The position numbers and the translations under genes are program-made. Positions 59,043-64,000 of a stretch of DNA of 64,000 nt are shown here, piece after piece. The DNA is from an uncultured Bacilli bacterium (GTDB lineage Bacteria > Bacillota_I > Bacilli_A > RF39 > UBA660). Location of the stretch: NCBI GenBank assembly GCA_934153675.1, contig CAKPFG010000002.1, forward strand, positions 32,692 to 96,691. Direction: 5' to 3'. Each line of letters starts with the position of its first letter. Positions within the stretch are counted from its first letter, which is position 1. Below the pieces are notes generated by a model. The model saw only the letters and a program-made list of their open reading frames with translations. It made no database searches and was not told where the DNA came from.

Positions 59043-59351
59043 TTATTTTATAATTTTGATATCAACACCACTAGGAATTTCCAAATGAGCTAAAGCTTCA
59101 ATTGTTTCCTTAGTAGGATTTAAAATATCAATAAGTCTTTTGTGTGTTCTTTTTTCAAATTGTTCACGTGAATCCTTATACTTATGAACAGCTCTTAAAA
59201 TAGTAATTTTCTCAACTTCTGTTGGAAGTGGTATCGGTCCACTAACTTTTCCACCATTACGTTTTACAACTTCTACTATTTTTGCACAAGCCTTATCTAA
59301 GTTTTTGTGTTCAAATGATTTCAATTTAATACGAACTGTAGTCTTTGACAT
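59043..59351 (-). CDS. rpsJ: 30S ribosomal protein S10
   Basis: family match. Confidence 0.95.
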   Translation of the reverse strand: MSKTTVRIKLKSFEHKNLDKACAKIVEVVKRNGGKVSGPIPLPTEVEKITILRAVHKYKDSREQFEKRTHKRLIDILNPTKETIEALAHLEIPSGVDIKIIK

Positions 59352-59617
59352 ATAATCCTCCCTTCGTCTATATCTAGTATAGACTTGCTCCGTGTAAAAA
59401 CCTGTTACTCGGTTAACAACTTAACCTGGTGTATCAGCAACCTTACACATCCTAGCACGCCACACATAAAAGATTATATATGAAAAAACAGAAAATTACA
59501 AGTCTTTTCTGGATATTTTTTTATTTTTGTGAATTTTTATTTTTTTAACATGATAATTGTTAAATTAATATTTCAAATATATACATATATTTTGAATATG
59601 ATAAATTAGGTGATGGT

Positions 59618-59932
59618 ATGAAATTAGTACCGAATACTCCAGCTAATATTTTTACATTATCAGCAATTATAATAGGTTATATATTAATAGATGAAGCAAC
59701 GCCTGCTGAACAAAATTCATTAGGAAATTGGTTTATGTTAATAGGACAAGTATTATCAACTAATTCAGCACAACAACAAGTTCTAAATAATCGAAATGGA
59801 ATATCAAATAAAGAAAAACAGCATATAATAAATGATACAATTGGAAGTGATACTACAACACAAGAGCAAATAAAAATGCTTGAAAAAATTAAAAAAGCGA
59901 TTGATGAACATATCAATTCACTAAAAAAATAA
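59618..59932 (+). CDS. Hypothetical small protein (N-terminal hydrophobic segment)
   Basis: 104-aa ORF. Confidence 0.4.
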   Translation: MKLVPNTPANIFTLSAIIIGYILIDEATPAEQNSLGNWFMLIGQVLSTNSAQQQVLNNRNGISNKEKQHIINDTIGSDTTTQEQIKMLEKIKKAIDEHINSLKK

Positions 59933-59976
59933 TTTGTAAAATAAATTTTTTATGATAAAATGTAATAGGTGATAAA

Positions 59977-60927
59977 ATGAAAGTTGGAATAATTGGTACC
60001 GGTGCCTATGGAATAGCTCTTGCTGAAATTTTAAATAAGAATAAATTAGATGTTATTTTATGGACTAAATTTGAAAAGGAATATAATGAATTAAAAGATA
60101 ATAAAATTGTTAAAACATTAAATAATCATAAAATAAGTGATAAAATAAAGTTCACATTAAATATAAATGAAATTATGAATTGTAATTTAATATATATCGC
60201 TATTCCGCAAAATGCTTTAAAAGAAATATGTAATTTTATCAAACCTCTTGTTAATAATCAATATTTTTGCATTGCTACTAAGGGAATAGGAAATAATAAA
60301 ACTATTGCAAATATCGTTAACAAATTAATAAAAACAAAGAAAATAGGGCTAATATCAGGGCCAACATTTGCAATTGATATAATTAATAATGTTCCAATAG
60401 GATTTACATTTGCTTCCTTTGATGAAAATACAATTCAAGTTATTAAAAATTCTCTAGCAAATGATAATATTTATATAGAAACTACTAAAGATATAGAGGG
60501 AATAAGTGTTTGTGGTGCTGTCAAAAATATATTTGCTATTGGTAGTGGTATTATTAAAGGACTAAATTTACCTATATCGACACAAGCTTTATATATTACA
60601 AAAGTAACACATGAAATAAGAAAGTTAATAATTTTTTTTAACGGAAATGAAGAATCTATATTAACTTTGGCGGGAATAGGGGATTTAGTATTAACATGTT
60701 TCAGCGAAAAAAGTAGAAATTTTACTTTTGGAATAATGATATGTAAGAAGAAAAAAAATGAAATTTATAATTACATAAAATCTACTACAATAGAAGGAAT
60801 AAATACTTTAAAAATGATTAATATTTTAATAGAAAAACAAAAGATAGAATTGCCAATAATAAAATGTATTTATAATATTATATATAAAAATAACAACCCG
60901 ACTGAAATTCTTAGTTTATTAAATTAA
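59977..60927 (+). CDS. gpsA: NAD(P)H-dependent glycerol-3-phosphate dehydrogenase-like
   Basis: GIIGTGAYGIALA Rossmann motif; CGAVKNIFAIGSG; GIGDLVLTC. Confidence 0.8.
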   Translation: MKVGIIGTGAYGIALAEILNKNKLDVILWTKFEKEYNELKDNKIVKTLNNHKISDKIKFTLNINEIMNCNLIYIAIPQNALKEICNFIKPLVNNQYFCIATKGIGNNKTIANIVNKLIKTKKIGLISGPTFAIDIINNVPIGFTFASFDENTIQVIKNSLANDNIYIETTKDIEGISVCGAVKNIFAIGSGIIKGLNLPISTQALYITKVTHEIRKLIIFFNGNEESILTLAGIGDLVLTCFSEKSRNFTFGIMICKKKKNEIYNYIKSTTIEGINTLKMINILIEKQKIELPIIKCIYNIIYKNNNPTEILSLLN

Positions 60928-60962
60928 AAAAGTGGTATATTGATAATTAATATACCACTTTT

Positions 60963-61181
60963 TTATTTAACAAAAGGTATTAAAGCCATGTGACGAGCAT
61001 ATTTAACTTGAGTTGCAATATATCTTTGGTGTTTAGCACAAGCACCTGTTACTCTTCTTGGTAAAATTTTACATCTATCAGAACTGATATATTTTTTTAT
61101 CGTGTCGATATCTTTATAATCAACATCTTTACCTGTACACATTTGGCATACTTTTTTCTTTTTTCTATAAAATTCAGCCAT
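60963..61181 (-). CDS. rpsR: 30S ribosomal protein S18
   Basis: family match. Confidence 0.95.
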   Translation of the reverse strand: MAEFYRKKKKVCQMCTGKDVDYKDIDTIKKYISSDRCKILPRRVTGACAKHQRYIATQVKYARHMALIPFVK

Positions 61182-61194
61182 TATTTTTTCCTCC

Positions 61195-61662
61195 TTAATC
61201 TAAGAAGTTTTCATCTATTGATACACTATCTCCAAAATCTGAAAATGGATCATTTTCTACATTCGATGTTGAACCAGAGGAAACATCATTTTGAAAATCA
61301 TATGGAGTTTCTTCTTTAATATTACCAATGTTACCTTCAGCTGTTTTCTTGCTTTCTACAAATTCAAAGCTATCTAATTGAACATCTGTAGTGTATCTTT
61401 TATTTCCTTCTTTATCTGTATAATTATTTGTTCTTATACTACCTTCTAAACAAATTTGACGACCCTTATCAAAATATCTTGAAATGGTTTCAGCATTTTT
61501 ATTCCAAGCAACAACATTTATAAAATCTGTTTCTCTACTGCCGTCCTGTCTTGCATAAGACCTATTTACAGCAACTGAAAATCTAGTATATGCTGTATTT
61601 GAAGGAGTATATCTTAATTCTGGTTTTGCTGTTAATCTTCCAAGCAAAATTACTTTATTCAT
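61195..61662 (-). CDS. ssb: Single-stranded DNA-binding protein
   Basis: OB-fold N-terminus, acidic DFxxDIPF-like tail. Confidence 0.9.
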   Translation of the reverse strand: MNKVILLGRLTAKPELRYTPSNTAYTRFSVAVNRSYARQDGSRETDFINVVAWNKNAETISRYFDKGRQICLEGSIRTNNYTDKEGNKRYTTDVQLDSFEFVESKKTAEGNIGNIKEETPYDFQNDVSSGSTSNVENDPFSDFGDSVSIDENFLD

Positions 61663-61673
61663 AAATACCTCTC

Positions 61674-61976
61674 TTATTTTTCATTTCTGATTACGATATG
61701 TCTAATAACATCAGAACTTATCAACGCTAAACGATCAAACTCTTTAATTGCTTTATCATCTTTAGATTCTAAGTCAATTACATAATAATAACCACTTTTA
61801 TAAGTTTCATTACCTTTTTTGATTTCATATGCTAGAGTTTTTTGTCCCCACGCATCTACATTTGTAATTTTTGCACCATTATTTTCTAATGTTTTTTGAA
61901 ATTTTGAACCTACACTTTTTATTGCATCCTCCTGAAGCGTAGGTTTTACAATAAACATAATTTCATATTTTCTCAT
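61674..61976 (-). CDS. rpsF: 30S ribosomal protein S6
   Basis: MRKYEIMFIVKP. Confidence 0.95.
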   Translation of the reverse strand: MRKYEIMFIVKPTLQEDAIKSVGSKFQKTLENNGAKITNVDAWGQKTLAYEIKKGNETYKSGYYYVIDLESKDDKAIKEFDRLALISSDVIRHIVIRNEK

Positions 61977-62084
61977 TATTCCACCTCCTTATGGTCTTTG
62001 GCTCATCTGAGCAAGGAGTAATTAATACTCGCGTAAATTATAACAAAAAAAAAGGCATTTGTAAATACCAAAATTTTCAATACT

Positions 62085-62735
62085 TTACCAATTTATTTTT
62101 GATTTATGCATTGTTTCTAGATAATAATTTATTTTACTAAATGGTTTACTATTAAAAAAACCTCGAGAAGCCGATAGGGGAGAAGGATGAGCACTTTCTA
62201 TTATTTTATGATTTTTATTAGTTATCAACGCCTTTTTACCTCTTGCAAAATTTCCCCATAAAACAAAAATAACTGGATCAGTTCTATTATTTAAAACTCT
62301 TATTATATTATCTGTAAAAATTTCCCATCCTTTATTTTTATGTGAAAGTGGTTTATCTTTTTCAACAGTCATAATAGAATTCAATAATAAAACGCCTTGT
62401 TTTGCCCAATCTGTTAAATCTGTGTTAGTTCTTTTAATATTTAAATCAAGGTATAATTCTTGAAATATATTTCTAAGAGAAGGGGGCATTTTAACGTTAT
62501 TTTTAACAGAAAAACTCAAGCCATGAGCTTCACCTAACCCGTGATAGGGATCTTGTCCTAAAATAACCACTTTAACCTTATCGTAATCTGTATACCTTAA
62601 AGCAGCAAATATATTATTATATGGTGGAAAAATTTCTTTTTTACGATATTCATTTTTTAAAAAAAGCACCAATTTTTTAAAATATTCTTTTTCCATTTCA
62701 TCTTTTAATACAATATTCCAATTTTTATTTATCAT
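62085..62735 (-). CDS. ung: Uracil-DNA glycosylase
   Basis: ILGQDPYHG ... HPSPLSA motifs. Confidence 0.9.
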   Translation of the reverse strand: MINKNWNIVLKDEMEKEYFKKLVLFLKNEYRKKEIFPPYNNIFAALRYTDYDKVKVVILGQDPYHGLGEAHGLSFSVKNNVKMPPSLRNIFQELYLDLNIKRTNTDLTDWAKQGVLLLNSIMTVEKDKPLSHKNKGWEIFTDNIIRVLNNRTDPVIFVLWGNFARGKKALITNKNHKIIESAHPSPLSASRGFFNSKPFSKINYYLETMHKSKINW

Positions 62736-63062
62736 AATTAATTAACGTTCCTTTCTTCGTCCTTTCAGTCCTCTGAAAGGCACACATTGTAATTAAAATA
62801 ATTAATTTTTTGATATAATAGTAAACTATTATTAAGATACTACAAAGCACGTAAAGTGAGTGGTGTTAAAGTATTACTTTAAACCCGTATAATTATATGT
62901 ATCAATTATTTTTGCTGTACAAATGAGTATTGCCTTTTTGAGCACGGAACTTTATCTATATGAAAACCATTTCTTGCATTTTCTAACTTAGAATTTTCAG
63001 TCAAAACCCTTTAACAAAATATTTTAGAAAAGAAAATATAAATATATTATTACCCATTCTAT

Positions 63063-63850
63063 ATGCCACCTGCAAATATCAGACAATTAAGAGATTTAAT
63101 GCGTTACAGAAATAAATTTATTAATATTCGTTCTGGCGAAAAAAATAGATTTCAAAACACTCTTACAATGTCTAATGTTCAAATTGCAAATATTGTAACT
63201 GATGTTTTACCAAAAACATCTCAATCAATCTTAAAGTTAATGCTTTCTAACCCTAATTTAACTTTAGATGATATCACACAATTACTTCGCAAAAATTTGA
63301 AATCATCACCAGAAGAAATTTTAAAATCTATCAATGGTAATTTTGACGAGTCTCAATCATCAAAAATGAATATTGTTCTAAAACATTACGATTCAATTAA
63401 TGAATGTATTGATGAACTAGAAGAACAAATTTTAAAACTTGCTCTCAAATATTCAACTGAAATTAATCTTCTTTTAACTATTCCTGGTATAAAAGAAATA
63501 TCAGCAATATTTACTATAGCAGAAATTGGTACAAATATGAACACTTTTGTTGATGATAAACATCTTTGCCCTTGGGCCGGACTTTCACCTAGATGTAATG
63601 AATCTGCCAAGAAAAAAATCTATTAGAATTACTAAAGCAGGTATTTATATCAGCCTTTACTTATTCAATATGCTTTATGTGTTTAAGGATATCATCCATA
63701 TATTAAGGCAAGTACGAATATTTAAAAAGACGTCGTAGTCACAAAAAAGCAATTATTGCAATAGCAAGACTACTACTTACAAGTGCATATCATATGTTAC
63801 TTACTGAGAAAGTTTTTGATTATAACAGGGTTGAAAATCTAATGAATAGA
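63063..63850 (+). pseudogene. IS110-family transposase remnant (5'-truncated, frameshifted 3' part)
   Basis: TIPGIKEISAIFTIAEIGTNMNTF...LCPWAGLSP (IS110 C-terminal domain) then continuation in other frames (...AIIAIARLLLTSAYHMLL). Confidence 0.6.
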
Positions 63851-64000
63851 AATTTTAAATCACATAAATATATTCAAAATACTCCTGAAAAAATGATTTT
63901 TTATTTAACTAATTTAGGTTACAACATTCCATTGCAGATTACCTAATAACAGTTTACTATTTCAAAGAATTATTTATTTTATAGTCTTCATTGACTTACT

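Noticed and set aside
59352-59475. S10-operon leader as an L4 autoregulatory attenuator
   Set aside because: No recognisable conserved structure could be argued from sequence alone; left unannotated.

Overview
This 64-kb window comes from a very AT-rich, low-GC Gram-positive (Firmicutes-type) chromosome. Taxonomy is inferred from a type-Z S14, SipW, agr, hpf-secA and csp; only the low GC content is read directly.

(1) Positions 1 to about 14.5 kb hold the right part of a siphovirus-like prophage. Most genes are on the minus strand, in the order portal, large terminase, small terminase, HNH, many small ORFs, an extra small tyrosine recombinase, replication genes, cro, then divergent cI. The integrase is on the plus strand, next to the 3' end of rpsI. 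The prophage continues left off the window.

(2) Core genes follow: rplM-rpsI, a PH-domain protein, a membrane-anchored double thioredoxin, and copZ-copA.

(3) A five-gene operon at 20.1-24.9 kb encodes a SipW-type (ER/archaeal-type S26) signal peptidase fused to a large polytopic N-terminal domain. The other four genes are two paralogous TasA/camelysin-like secreted proteins, a bitopic membrane protein, and a large glycine-rich secreted protein with a Cys-rich end. This is the best candidate for an undescribed extracellular-fibre/matrix system.

(4) An accessory tract at about 25-39.2 kb lies immediately downstream of secA. It contains four fossil copies of the secA 3' coding end (the SEC-C tail, CGSGKKYKQCCGK) and three integrase fragments. 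One integrase is split around a 3-kb cassette that carries a SigE/SigK-like sigma factor with two extra sigma-4-like repeats plus a TPR protein.

The tract also holds a T-box-controlled trpS, an APH-family kinase, and CutA/IMPase/YgjV-like genes. A recurring tandem motif, ACGTATCTAAAAACGTATCTAA, brackets two of the cassettes. The tract looks like serial decayed integrations at the secA 3' end.

(5) The remainder is hpf-secA, cspA, an agrBD plus convergent agrC/agrA-like quorum-sensing locus, the complete S10-spc-alpha ribosomal operons (rpsJ to rplQ, with no rpmD, map or rpsD in place), gpsA, the rpsF-ssb-rpsR operon, ung, and a decayed IS110-family transposase.

No rRNA, tRNA or CRISPR array was recognised. 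Start codons were re-chosen by eye from RBS context in several genes and are approximate.
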